From: Chiloscyllium plagiosum
Taxonomy: Eukaryota
Assembly (NCBI RefSeq): GCF_004010195.1
Contig: NC_057750.1
Location: 13,102,049-13,136,486, forward strand
DNA length: 34,438 bases
Direction of reading: 5' to 3'
Below the pieces are notes generated by a model. That model searched no databases, was not told the origin of the DNA, and worked only from the letters and a program-made list of their open reading frames with translations. Positions 11,461-23,789 of this stretch are shown here, piece by piece. A program made the position numbers and the translations under genes. How positions within the stretch are numbered: position 1 is the first letter of the stretch; each line of letters starts with the position of its first letter.

Positions 11461-12254
11461 ACAAGTGCTCTTCTTTACAATTCATTCACGGGATGTGGGC
11501 ATCGCTGGCCTAAGTACCCTCAAGAATTACTGCAGATCATTTGGTTTGAGTTCACCCACAATGCCCTGAAGGAGGNNNNNNNNNNNNNNNNNNNNNNNNN
11601 NNNNNNNNNNNNNNNNNNNNNNNNNNNNNNNNNNNNNNNNNNNNNNNNNNNNNNNNNNNNNNNNNNNNNNNNNNNNNNNNNNNNNNNNNNNNNNNNNNNN
11701 NNNNNNNNNNNNNNNNNNNNNNNNNNNNNNNNNNNNNNNNNNNNNNNNNNNNNNNNNNNNNNNNNNNNNNNNNNNNNNNNNNNNNNNNNNNNNNNNNNNN
11801 NNNNNNNNNNNNNNNNNNNNNNNNNNNNNNNNNNNNNNNNNNNNNNNNNNNNNNNNNNNNNNNNNNNNNNNNNNNNNNNNNNNNNNNNNNNNNNNNNNNN
11901 NNNNNNNNNNNNNNNNNNNNNNNNNNNNNNNNNNNNNNNNNNNNNNNNNNNNNNNNNNNNNNNNNNNNNNNNNNNNNNNNNNNNNNNNNNNNNNNNNNNN
12001 NNNNNNNNNNNNNNNNNNNNNNNNNNNNNNNNNNNNNNNNNNNNNNNNNNNNNNNNNNNNNNNNNNNNNNNNNNNCATCCCGGGAATGCTCACGGCTCCT
12101 CCGTCCACAATTTAAATCCTACCTGGGTGTCACGGTGGGATTTGAACCCACGTTCCCAGAGCTGAAGGATGGGCTGGTGACACTGATGTTCAGTCACCAA
12201 CTTTAGCACCCCTCCCCCACTCGACCCACACCCTGCGGCTCAAGGCAAGTTTTG

Positions 12255-12610
12255 TTGAGTCATAGAGCACAGAAGCAGAGTTTTCAGTAATGCTTGTCCA
12301 TGCTGACCAGGTTTCTCAAACTAAACTGCATTTGCCTACACGCCCCTGACAACTCAGTGGTGAGCACTGATGCCTCACAGCGTCCAGGGCCTGGGTCCGA
12401 TTCTTTGGCATTCACTCTACCCACGTCCCTCGTGATTTTATAAACCTCTTGAAAGATCACCCTTGGCCTCTGATGACCCTTTTCAGTTAATAACATCACT
12501 CCCACAGCAGGCAAACTAGGATTGTGCACAGTTGCCTCATCAATGTCCTGTACAACCGCAACATAACGTCGCTCGCAGTCAATGCTCTGTGCAATGAAAG
12601 CAAGCCTGTT
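12255..12610 (-). mobile_element. Fragmented CR1 3' end with an embedded HE1 head fragment
   Basis: gagtcatagagcacagaa terminus and cctcgtgattttataaacctct; ctcagtggtgagcactgatgcctcacagcg at about 12353-12382. Confidence 0.65.
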
Positions 12611-12927
12611 TTGTTTTAAAGAATTGAACTCTGTCCCTTTCTGACGTGCAATGTCTAAGAACCCCGAGATCAAGATGGTGGACTGGGTCGGGGGTGGGGG
12701 GGGGGGAGGATCTCCCCAAGTGACTCCAACAATGGAATTTCTCTCAAGAGCTGAAAAGGGGGTTTCAACTTCCCCAGAGCCATCTGATCAAGGATGAATC
12801 CACTTGACTCTCTCTCCCTCAACAGAACAGTATCTCCCTCAGATACGATTCCTGTAATCCCACTCTCTTCCCCACCGCCTTCAAATACCATCGCAGAGGG
12901 AAATGCCTCACATTACAATTCCACACA

Positions 12928-13240
12928 CTTTTTTTTATTCATTCACAGGATGAGGGGTGAGTCAGCTTTCCTTACCCACCCCTAGTTGCCTCGAAGGCAG
13001 TTAAGAGTCAAGAGATATGGGCTTGGAGTCACATATAGCTCAGGTAAGGATGGCCATTTCCTTCCCTAAAGGACATTAGTGAGCCAGATGGGTTTTCCTG
13101 ACAATCGGTCATCATTAGATTCATAATTCCAGGTTTTTATATTGCATCTGCTGCAACAGGGTTCGAACCCAGGTCCCCAGAACATTACCTGGGTCTCTAC
13201 ATGAACAGTCCAGCAATAATACAGCTAGGCTGTTGCCTCT
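12928..13240 (-). mobile_element. Second tRNA-derived SINE family with a LINE-derived 3' tail
   Basis: Minus-strand B box (plus strand ggttcgaacccagg), core ttccttccctaaaggacattagtgagccagatgggtttt, and a tail ttttattcattcacaggatg matching the end of the 880-3960 LINE. Confidence 0.7.
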
Positions 13241-13365
13241 GCTAGCATTGTTCAAGCTTAGACAAAGTGAACTTCTTTGGTTGCAAGAAATGTGTGCGAT
13301 GGGACAGGAATATAATCATCGCTTGCACTGATCCAGTATCAGTGTTGCCATCATTTCAAGGCATT

Positions 13366-13530
13366 TAGAGTCAGAGATGTACAGCATGGAAACAGACCCT
13401 TTGATCCAACCCGTCCATGCTGACCAGATATCCCAACCCAATCTAATCCCACCTGCCAGCACCCGGCCCATACCCCTCCAAAACCTTCCTGTTCATTTAC
13501 CCATCCAAATGCCTCTTAAATGTTGCAATC
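13366..13530 (-). mobile_element. CR1 3' end
   Basis: gagtcagagatgtacagcatggaaacagaccctt...ccatccaaatgcctcttaaatgttg. Confidence 0.8.
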
Positions 13531-14272
13531 CACAGCTGTCCGCTCAGATATGAAATCCTGCTCAGAATAACGGCCTTTTAGAGGTTCCCCTGTCTCCTCT
13601 CGCATTCTCAGGGCCTGGGCTGATTTAATAATCTGATTTAAGATTAATGATGCTGAAAATTTTTCCTTTCTTTCCTCCTGAGGAGAAATGATCCCGTGGA
13701 GAAAAATAGCCGAGATGCAATGACATAAAAGCCAGGCACCCATTGCAAATAGCGGCACCTCACTCAAATGCTCAAATCTATAACTACTGCTGAGCATTTT
13801 AAGACAAATTAAAAATAATTACAAAAGATTTGCTGTTTGCGTATAAAGCCCACAGAACGTATAAAACAAACATCACTAAACATCCTCCATTTAATATCAA
13901 GTATTATAAAGTTACTGAACATTGTATAAAAAATAATTGCATCGTACAAGGTGAAACAAAAGCCCTGTATCAGCTACAGGACAAATAATACTGCACACAT
14001 TAAAAATAATATTTGCATAGTATATAATGTATGTCATTCAGCATCCTATATATGATGTTTAAATATCATATATGATTTAAATTGTACTCAACGGGAATCC
14101 AAATATTTTTGCAACATATATCTAAATGCTGTATATAATTTTTAGATGTCAGATTTGATGTAAATATTGCTGAACACATTTTAAAATGGTACAGTATTTG
14201 TTCCAAAGCATTTGAGGTCCTGCATGTTATAAATAAAAGAGCAAGTCACCACAATTCCAGAGGGTAAATGGT

Positions 14273-14480
14273 TAGAGAGAGAGTAAGAGAAAGGGAGAGA
14301 TAGAGAGAGAGAAGTAGAGAGAGAGAGAGAGTAAGAGAGAGAGAGAGAGAGAAATAGAGAGAGAGAGAAGAAAGAGAGAGAAAAAGAGAGAGAGACAAAA
14401 ATAGAGACAGAGAGAGAAATAGAGAGAGAGAGAGAAGAAAGAGAGAGAGAAAGAGAGAAATAGAGACACACAGAGAGAGA
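14273..14480 (+). repeat. Imperfect (GA)n microsatellite
   Basis: Directly visible. Confidence 0.95.
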
Positions 14481-14746
14481 GGACTATTGGTGGTTTAGCC
14501 TGAGGGCCACCATACCTCAGGCAAGGTTGAGAAAGGGAGTCCTTCATTGTATCAGGTCGCCATAGTCTGACCAGACCATAGGAGCTGTTCTCTCATCAGG
14601 GAGAGACGATTTTAGTGGTTTAACCTGCGGGTCACCACTCCTCAGGCGAGGGGAGAGGTTGAGATGGAGAGTCCTCAATGGTAGCAGGAATTGAAAGCTC
14701 TCTGGTTGAGTCACAAAGCAGCTGTCCAGCCATCTGAGCTAACCGG
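14481..14746 (-). mobile_element. Third tRNA-derived SINE-like family with a partial tandem duplication
   Basis: Minus head ggttagctcagatggctgg...ttcaattcc. The segment gtggtttaacctg.gggtcaccac.cctcaggc.ag...ggttgaga occurs twice (about 14490-14545 and 14615-14678). Confidence 0.55.
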
Positions 14747-15549
14747 TTATAAAGAATGGCTCCATCAGATAGAGTATAGATCCGGGAGAATGGGCTGAAT
14801 GGCTTTCACCTACACCACAATAATTCTGGTACTAATTGCCCTAGTAGATCTAATAGCTCGATATCTAACCATGCTGATTGATGGTGAGGAACCAGTGCTA
14901 TCTGGTCATGCAGATATTTAAAGAATGTTAATAAAGGTGAGGATTATTTAACAAAACAAAGTGTATCATTCATCATCACTCCCCGCTCCCAAGTGCTAAG
15001 GCTCCATGTAAAGATTTAGAAGCAGGAATAAAATCGAGAGAAGGATCTGGGAAGAGAGTCTGAAATTAGTACAGGACTTAGTGGAGAACAGGAGAGATTC
15101 ATGCACATGGGAAAGAAGAGTGGGAAGGAAATAAAATCGGAAAGGAGAGGATGGAAAAAGTTACAATGAGGAGTGAAGAAAGGAACAGTGAAAGAATGAA
15201 CTGGACATAACAGTATTCTGCTTCACTGCCACAGGATTCAATCAGTGCCTCTCAGGGGGTTGGAATTAAATAGTTAATTATCACATTAGTGAGGGTTTAG
15301 AGAAGTAAATGACTTGGTACAAACACTTGGCACTGAAATCAGCTCAGACACGTCCGAGATCTCAAACAGACTGGTAACCTCATTCCATAAACTTCGGCAC
15401 AGCCTCACTGTCTCTCACAATACACACTCTTCCCCACACCCCCACAGACACTCCACCCCCTCTCTCTCCACTCTCACACCCCCACAGACACTCGCGCACA
15501 AATACATGTACTTCAACAGACCGACAAACACACAGATCCTCAACTATTC

Positions 15550-15680
15550 ACAAAGTAAAATGCTGGAGATCACAGTGGGTCAGGCAGCAACCATGGAGAG
15601 AGAGCAAGCTAACATTTTGAGTTGGAACATTTTTTTTTTGTGCCCAATACAGATTCCAGCATCTGCAGTAATTTGCTCCC
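15550..15680. mobile_element. Penelope-like remnant
   Basis: aaatgctggagatcacagtgggtcaggcagca ... gattccagcatctgcagt (inverted ends). Confidence 0.55.
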
Positions 15681-15834
15681 TCATACATTCACACGCACTT
15701 ATGTTCGCATGCACAATAACACATACACGCCCACTCTCACATACATGCACTCAGGCACACACAGTGTTAGACAAGTGTGTAAGCTCAGGCACTTTCATGC
15801 ACACTCGCACACTTTCCAGTAAATGCCCCCTTAC

Positions 15835-15885
15835 CTTTTCCAACTCCAACAGATGAAACCGCAACACTTGGATGGCTTGAATCAT
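15835..15885 (-). CDS. meis3: Meis coding exon 5 (MIQAIQVLRFHLLELEK), MEIS/HM domain part B (Pbx-interacting region)
   Basis: Acceptor cctaacAG|ATGATT and donor GAAAAG|GTAAGG. 51 nt, invariant Meis/hth motif. Confidence 0.97.
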
Positions 15886-16253
15886 CTGTTAGGTACAACA
15901 GATACGGTCAGTAAAGGGGAACCCAGCAAGTACCTGGTTTAAAGTTTGATACTATTATTTGAGAACCACACGGGAGCCAATGAGCTTCCTATACTGAATT
16001 TAATACAGGAAACACTCTCTGCAAAAGTTACATTTCGGTTTGATTACAAACTTAATTTGCAACAGTAACAAATTAATTGAATTAAATCCTCCCTCCAAAT
16101 ATTACTTTGATACAATTAAATAGAGAACATTAACGCTTTCATGGACATGACCTAACTTGCAAGGACAAATTGAGAAAGCAGACAGCCCTTTTATCTGTTC
16201 CCTCTCCCAGTCAGTTTAACATTAGTACAACTGAGATTTTAAACTCTAATTAC

Positions 16254-16304
16254 CAAATTATCCAGCTCCGGATTGGAGGAAAATAGAGGTTTTTCTGTTC
16301 GAAT
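16254..16304 (-). CDS. meis3: Meis coding exon 4 (IRTEKPLFSSNPELDNL)
   Basis: Acceptor ttttaatttccAG|ATTCGA and donor AATTTG|GTAATT. 51 nt, phase 0-0. Too short for the ORF track. Confidence 0.96.
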
Positions 16305-16449
16305 CTGGAAATTAAAAGAGAGTGGGGAGAGATTTTATTAGAATTCAACGGACTTCTAATAGTTAACTGCAAATATTTGGACCCAGAATCAGTAACAGAA
16401 TGTTTGACACCAATCTTGCTTTGCCAAGTATATCAGATACTTACAGCTA

Positions 16450-16955
16450 CAAACACAGACGTACACACACACATATACACACAGGCACATGGACAGACAG
16501 CAACAAACTCTCACACACAAACGCAGGTCCTGATATTCTCACATTTGCACACACATATAGTGAGTGAGTTACACACACACATACAGTGAGGGTTACAGAC
16601 ACACACATACATATACAGTGAGAAAATACACACACACACAGAGTTACACACACACAGTGAGAGTTGCACACACACAAACACACGCGCACACACAAACACA
16701 GACACACGGACAGACAGCGACAAACTCACACACAAACACAGGTCCTGATATTCTCACACTTGCACACATATATAATGAGTTACACACACACGCAGTAAGA
16801 GTTGCACACAGTGAGAGTTACAGCTACACATACATAAACAGTGAGAAAATATACACACATATTTACACACACACACATAGTGAGAGTTACACACACACAT
16901 ACAGTGAGAGTTACACACACATATACAGTGAGAGTTATACACGCACACACAGACT
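16450..16955 (+). repeat. Compound (CA)-rich low-complexity tract with internal duplication
   Basis: Repeated cagtgagagttacacacac units. ggacagacagc...caggtcctgatattctcaca occurs at about 16490 and 16708. Confidence 0.9.
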
Positions 16956-17869
16956 GATAGTTACATAAATGATCTCTAGCAAAATCATTAGCCAGTCTCA
17001 TACAGATTTAATTGAGGAGCATTTATACTGACATGGGATGTCATACATGTACAAAAAGACATGGAACATCATACAGACAGCCTCTACACCCTCTGGTTAC
17101 ACAAGGTCCCAGTCTAAACACCAACACCATCTACCCATTCAAAGGCTACACGGTCTCTCTCTCACACACACATACACAGTTTACTCTCTAATCTTGCAGT
17201 TTCCCAGTCATGGAGTCACTGAGCTAAATAATCCCTTTCATAATTTCGGGATTTGTCTAGAACCCGGTTTGTGTTTTGGGAAAGTAGGGCAATCACCCGG
17301 CCAGAATTTACTGTGGGGATCTTCTGCAGTTTGTGCCTCTTCTCCTACTCTCTCTCTCTCTCAGAGAGCATCCTTACCCCCTTCCGCTTTCTGCAATAGC
17401 TCAAGTCTCCCCCAGCTAGCGTTACAGGGAGCTTGCCTTCCAGGGGGCGAGGGGGTCTGAGTGGAAGGGAATAGAGTGGAAACTCTCTCCATCCCAACTG
17501 GCCCCACGGACCATCAGATGGATGTGAGACATCCCCCTTCTCCCCCAATGTTTGACCCCTGCATCAACCCTTTTGGGGCCAAGTGAAATTAAACCCAATT
17601 TCAATCTGATTTTGAGTTGGAATTGACGCTTTTACGGACATCCGCCGCGATTAAATTAATCCTGGAGACCAGTGCAAGGCGAAATTAATCAGAAAGATTT
17701 CACACTGGTTTTGGTCATCTGGAGAGGTGCAAAGCCGATATGTTTACAACACCAAAAGGGAGTTTGTTTTCAAAAGATCTTTGGTTTGGGCAGATTTGTG
17801 GCTGATTTGAAACCAGTAACCTGGACTGCATTCACCCACCCTCCACCCCTAACCCCCCGCTTCTTTTTA

Positions 17870-18232
<363 letters not shown>

Positions 18233-21200
18233 TCAAAAATATGAACGCCGAATTAAAAACAAATTTTTTTAAAAAAAACACCTCCTACATCGAGCAAAAA
18301 AAGAGAACCCTTTTAAAAAAAAGATTTGCAATTGAGAAATTGTTCTCTTTTTAATGTGCAAAAACCAGCAGCGAATAGAGGGGTCCAAAGTTAATAGACA
18401 CAGATATTTATAAGTAAGAAAATTAACAGTTGGGTGACAAAGATACTTTTATTGAAGGCTAAATAAAGTTAGAAAAATAGACGACTCTGCACATGCCCAA
18501 GTGAAGTCCATTCTCTACTGTGCATCATTTACAATACAAACAAGGGGATAAATTTGAGTTATTCTGGAAAAATAATCATTTTTAATAACAGGCTTTTTTG
18601 TGCTGTTGAAATAATGTATAGTACACGCAATTATAAAATCTAAAATACCAGCATATCCGCTGTTGCAAAACAGCCGAGCGAGAGAAAACAGAAGACTGAA
18701 AGAGCAAATGGTAAATATATTCTTTTCTGTGTGCGTTTTATATACGTACAAAGTGCTTTAGATACGATCTACAGTTAGTGCACATTCAATGTTAAAAATA
18801 TTGGTGCATGTTAGTCCAATCTTCACAACCTGACAAATTTAAGGAGTGGGACTCATTCTGCAGAACATATCTATTTATTTGAGAGCATTGGCTAAGTGCC
18901 CTGTATAACGAGTTTAGCTTTGCATTAGAGACAGCCGCGTTTTTATCACGGCGTTTAATTTCCTTGTTGGAGCACGAGAGGAAAAGAATATGAAATGCTT
19001 AGGGAAAAAAGAAATAACTTTAAAATGAAATAACTTTTTTTTTTAAAAAAAACACAACTGAAAACTAGAGAGTGTGTGAAATCTGTCAACTGACCGCGCA
19101 GTCAAAAAGATCAGCTCATTAAATACACACAAGTATTGGGCGCTAAGTACATTTTTGTGTGATTAACACACAGTTCCCGTTAACCCTCGCCCTCCACACT
19201 GCAATTATGATTTAACATTTTAACAGAACATGTGAAACAGGAATGAGTCTGCCTGACGCTCCCAGTTAAGTAACTCGCGCTTGTTCAGAGTCACGGACTC
19301 GGGAGCCAAAAGCAAAAGTCCCCCTGAAAAATAGCATCTGTTTTTATTTTGATTTTTTTTGTAAAAAAGAAACAGCCCGGTGCCTTTTTTAAAAAAAAAG
19401 TCTTTTTTTTTTCAGAAAGCATTGCTCAAATTCTCCAGCAGTTTAAAATACTTGGAGGGGGAAATCTATTGGTTTTAAAATGTGGCCAGTTTGAGAGGTG
19501 TTATCGTGGAAGCAATCATGTACAGAGCTAGCTCGTAAAATACTCAAGTATTAGAGCAACAGCGGTGGGTGAGTGGAGATTAACACATCGCAGTAAAATA
19601 GGTGGAAATTCTGTCTTTCTAACAGCATCAACTGTCAGACCGCTTGGCTTTAGGCACTATTTATTTTATTCTCTATCCATGTAGAGGGTTGGAATGGGGA
19701 GAAATTTTCAGATCATTTGCCCCCACTCCTTCATTTGGACGGGTAAAAGAGAGAGGGCGAGAGTCTGAATCAATCGGATCTAATCTGGATTCCCCCCTCC
19801 AACCCGTTCACCTGGAGATTGGAGTGAGTCAGTTCCAGATTATTCTTTTTTTTGGAAGTGTGGGTTTCTTTTTCAGCACGATTCAGTCTGCACTGTAAAT
19901 AATTAACCCTGCATAGATATCTCTCTGATAGTAAATACAGGACATAGTCCTATTAAGAGAATTTTTAAAATTTCAGCGAGTAATCTTAAACATTACCCCC
20001 ACACACAAATTGTGTCGTGCAGAGCTTAAGAATTGCTGGAAAATATATATTTTGCCAAAATATTAACATACTTTAAATATTATCCACACGCTTAAATTGT
20101 GCTGAGGTTTTCCAGCAATTTCTATTTTTGATTGACACTCAAATCGTGCAGAGTTGAAGAATTGCTGCAAAAATATATTTTGTCAAAAAGTTTGTATGTT
20201 TCCTTTTGTCCCCAGTATGTGTATAAACTCGAGAGAAATTGGTGTGAAATGTATCTCTCTGTTTGTTAATAACAAGAACGTAGGAGAATTGAAATACTGT
20301 TATCTCTGATCTCTCCTGACTCTCGATGTTCAGATCTTTATAAACCACATCAGATACTGCAAGTTAGATTTTTTAAAAAAAAAATAAGGGAGATTTCAAA
20401 AGATTATCTTTAAAACACAATGGCTCAGTCCCTTACTCAATCCAGCCCCCGCTCAATCCCTGACTCCCTTTAACTGTCAAAACTTCTCCAGAGAAAGGGG
20501 GAGAAAGAGGCTCCCCCTCAACACTCAAACCGTTCCTAGATTTTTAACATCGGTTCTCAAACAATAAAGGCAAATATGCAACCCTTTAAAACAGACACGA
20601 GTTTGGGGAAAGCAAAGTCGACCACGGTAAATGCATTGGAGCTGGGGATGGGGAAACCACAGGGTGATATTGAGGATAATGTTTAGCCTCACTGCACAGG
20701 GGGGTTTGGCTGTTAGACATTCCAGAAATGTATAAAATATTTACCCTAGTCTGGGGTTGGCCATTTGACAATTTACTCTTTTAAAATTCTGGGCTACAGC
20801 GACTGAGACCCCGGCTGAGGGAACCCCTTATCGTCCCAGTAGACGATCCAAAAGCACATTTTTTGGGGGGGGGGGGAGGGTTGGGAGCGTGAAAAGGTTT
20901 GCAGAGAACTCCAAACACAGAGGACTACAATTTGATCCGACGCCCTTAAAAAAAAAGTCCAATCCTCGATTCTATTTTTAAACTTCACTTTTACCCTCAA
21001 CAGACATGCCACCCTCGCCATCAGGATGTTCCAGGGTGGAGTATGAACAGGGGAGTCCCCTCACCGACCGCTCTGTGACATTTTTCCAACACTCGCTTCC
21101 CAACTCTTGCCTCATCGCACCCTCCATCTATGTGGGTTTTCTTCTTCCCACCCCCCCACCCCTCCAAATTTATTTGCTCTCCGTCTGTTTTTGCCTCTGC

Positions 21201-21443
21201 AATTAAAAAGTTTGACAAACTCCTCTTGCGTTGCCAGTTTCTCTCTCTCTCTCTCTCTGTTTCCCAGTCTGAACTCTCCCCTCAACACACAATACAATTG
21301 ATAGTCAACATCACTTGTTAAAGAAAAAAAATATCTTCTCCCCCCACCACCACCACCCCCCTCCCCACAACACCACCCACCCCTACCCTTACGTCCAAAC
21401 CTATTTTGTGTGTGTGTGTGTGCATAGGATGAGAGTAGCCTAC

Positions 21444-21661
21444 CCGTATATGGTATCCTTTTCCCTCTTCAGACTGTCGTTGATGGTGTTACCCAAGCTC
21501 CCAGGTAGCGGCGCCCGGTGAGATGCACTTCCAGGCGGGTAGTGTTGTGCGTGAATGCCGGGGCCATGGTTCAGATGGTGACCCAGATTCCGAGAGGCGT
21601 GTGAATCTCCATAACTCGCCATGGACACCCCGTCTATCCCATAATGGGACAGCTCATCATA
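21444..21661 (-). CDS. meis3: Meis coding exon 2 (YDELSHYGIDGVSMASYGDSHASRNLGHHLNHGPGIHAQHYPPGSASHRAPLPGSLGNTINDSLKREKDTIYG)
   Basis: Acceptor tttctccAG|TATGATGAG and donor TACGG|GTAGGC. 218 nt, ends in phase 2. Matches Meis exon 2 (YDEL.HY, HHLNHGP, ND.LKR.KD.IYG). Confidence 0.95.
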
Positions 21662-22811
21662 CTGGAGAAATAAAGTGAGAAGGGGAAAGTTAAAATGGGG
21701 ATGAGAAAAGGTGGGGGGGGGGGGGGTGAAATTAGACACAGGAGGGTTTATTTTAAAACTACACATGGTTTAAACGAAAACACTCAGACCCTGGAGCAGA
21801 CAAAATATCCACATACAAAACATTTAAAAGAAACACACTCTCGGGAGAACACACCACAATCGACCCTCACTTTCTGGAAACTTGTTCTTCAAACATCTCC
21901 GAAACTTTGTGCAACAACCCACCGCACCGGAGTGCAAGAGAAACTCAAGTCCCGAGGCTTTCTAGCGAGACCTCCACCAGCCGGTTCAACGCCCGCACCC
22001 CTCTGTTTGCAAAAGGAGCAACATTTTGGGCAGCGGGGTGCTTGGTTTCGAGCTGAGAGCGGCGGGAGAGGAGAGAATGCACCTACTTTGTAACGTTCAA
22101 AATGGACCGGGGGCTGGGCTGGGGAGAGGGGGTGTCGGAAGAAACATACAATTCAAACACTCCCAAGGCAAATAATTAACTTAAATACAGGGTTTAAACC
22201 AGCACGAACAACCCAAATAAGTTAAAGTGCCATTAACTATGTTGCAAAGACACTGCCAGGTTGGGGTTACATTGGATGTGAACAGTTGTATCCGAGGCTC
22301 ACATGTGAGCTCGGCTGTGATTCTACTGCCTAAAGGGTTTAAATTCAATTCAATCTCATTTTCTCAAACTGCAGAGTGTCCCTTTTGTGGGATCGCACAG
22401 TACAGAGAGAGAGAGAGAGAGAGACAGCAGAATATTTGTGGGGGGAAAAAAAACCCCCAAAATGTACATCACAAAATGAACATTCAAAATATCCCGGGCA
22501 GACTCGGAAACCCACATAAAAACCACCAAATCACCAGAGACGGAGGGGGAAGTGTTGGGGAACATACACACACACACATAAATCCAGCAATACTACAAAC
22601 AAGCGGCCGTCTTTAACATGACTTCACAAAAGAAGAAATCTGTGCCTTGTAACATCAAATAAAAGAGACGGATAGTACAACGGAGATACAACAAGCCAAG
22701 AGCACAACCACAGCGGGCCTTCCTGCCTGTCCAGGCCGACAAGCGGGACACTGCGGGCGGCTAAGGCGATCCAATTCGCCCGGGGTAGCGGGCTGTCGCT
22801 CCCATACCTAC

Positions 22812-22823
22812 CCTTTGTGCCAT
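22812..22823 (-). CDS. meis3: Meis homeobox gene, coding exon 1 (MAQR)
   Basis: Minus strand reads ATG GCA CAA AGG|GTAGGT. MAQR followed by a phase-0 intron is the canonical vertebrate Meis N-terminus, and it splices in frame to YDEL. Family assignment is secure; the paralog call is inference. Confidence 0.9.
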
Positions 22824-23420
22824 CAGCCAGCGTGTTTATAGCTAGTCTTGTCTCTGTGTGCCTCTCTCTTTTTTTTTTAAAGCAGCCTTTATTGTGAGCA
22901 CACGGCCGCTGGATTTCGCCAGATGAAATTTCGATGTAGATTTTTTTTTTGACAATCTTAAAATCCAACAGAAATTGGAAGATGATTCTTTCACGCACGC
23001 ACTCTCTCTGTGTCTCTGTTGATCATTGATACATCTGTCTGTGTGTGTGTGTGTGTGTAGGGTTTCTCCCTCTCTCTCTCTCTCTCTCTCTGTTGAAAAT
23101 GTAAGGTCACAATTTCCAAATGAAAAGCAAGTCGATGCGAAGCTGCGTTGTCGCCGCTCGAGATGTAATCGGTGTTGGTTTTGCAATCTTCTGCCCGCTT
23201 GGCTTGTCCATCCAGAAGCGGTGGTGTCACTTTTCCAAATGAATGATGATTAAAACCTTAGAAGGGAGGGTGGGGAGAGAGAGGGAGAGAGCGTGAGGGA
23301 GGGTGGGGAGAGAGAAAGAGAGAGGGAAGCCAGAGAAACGGTTCCCCCCCCCAGCCCGTATTAGCATCCACACCTTTCTGATTAGGTCAGCTTTTACTAG
23401 TAAACAGATGGACACCTCTC
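22824..23420 (-). promoter_or_regulatory. Probable 5'UTR and proximal promoter of the Meis gene
   Basis: Unique, CpG-containing sequence directly upstream of the ATG. It includes GA/CA tracts and a motif cluster at about 23379-23412 (TGATTAGGTCAG, forkhead GTAAACA, E-box CAGATG). The TSS cannot be determined from sequence alone. Confidence 0.55.
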
Positions 23421-23789
23421 TCCTCACCCCCCCCCCCCCTCCCCTCTCTCTCTCTCTCTCTCTCCACCCCCACCCTCCCCTCTCTCCCAGGATCAGGAAA
23501 TCAAAAAGCTATCCACTCCCATCTGAGCTGAAGTCCCACACACACTCTCTCTCAATCTCCCGTGCATCAGCTGCAAACCACGATCATCTGAGTTCCACAA
23601 TAGACCCAGAGAGAGAGAGAGAGAGAGGGGAGGGGAGGGGAGAAGGAGGGGAGGTGGGAGCAGCTTCTAAAGGCCCTGCCCCCCTCCACCACCCTCCCAA
23701 TGCAGCCTGGTCGGGCTGCTCAAGGCAGGAGGAGGGGGCTGGAGGGGCTTTCCCTGACTTGTCCTGATCTGGATGTTAACCAGATGCTG

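Noticed and set aside
14181..14547. Ser/Leu- and His/Thr-rich ORFs (also 16377-17001 and 23700-24297)
   Set aside because: Translations of GA/CT/CA microsatellites.
21662..21766. N-terminal extension of ORF 21440-21766 (MCSFKINPP...)
   Set aside because: Intron read-through. The true exon starts at the AG acceptor before 21661 and joins MAQR.
22802..22811. Tandem donor GTAG-GTATGG, 4 nt downstream of the exon 1 donor
   Set aside because: A common GTNNGT arrangement; use would frameshift and there is no evidence without RNA data.
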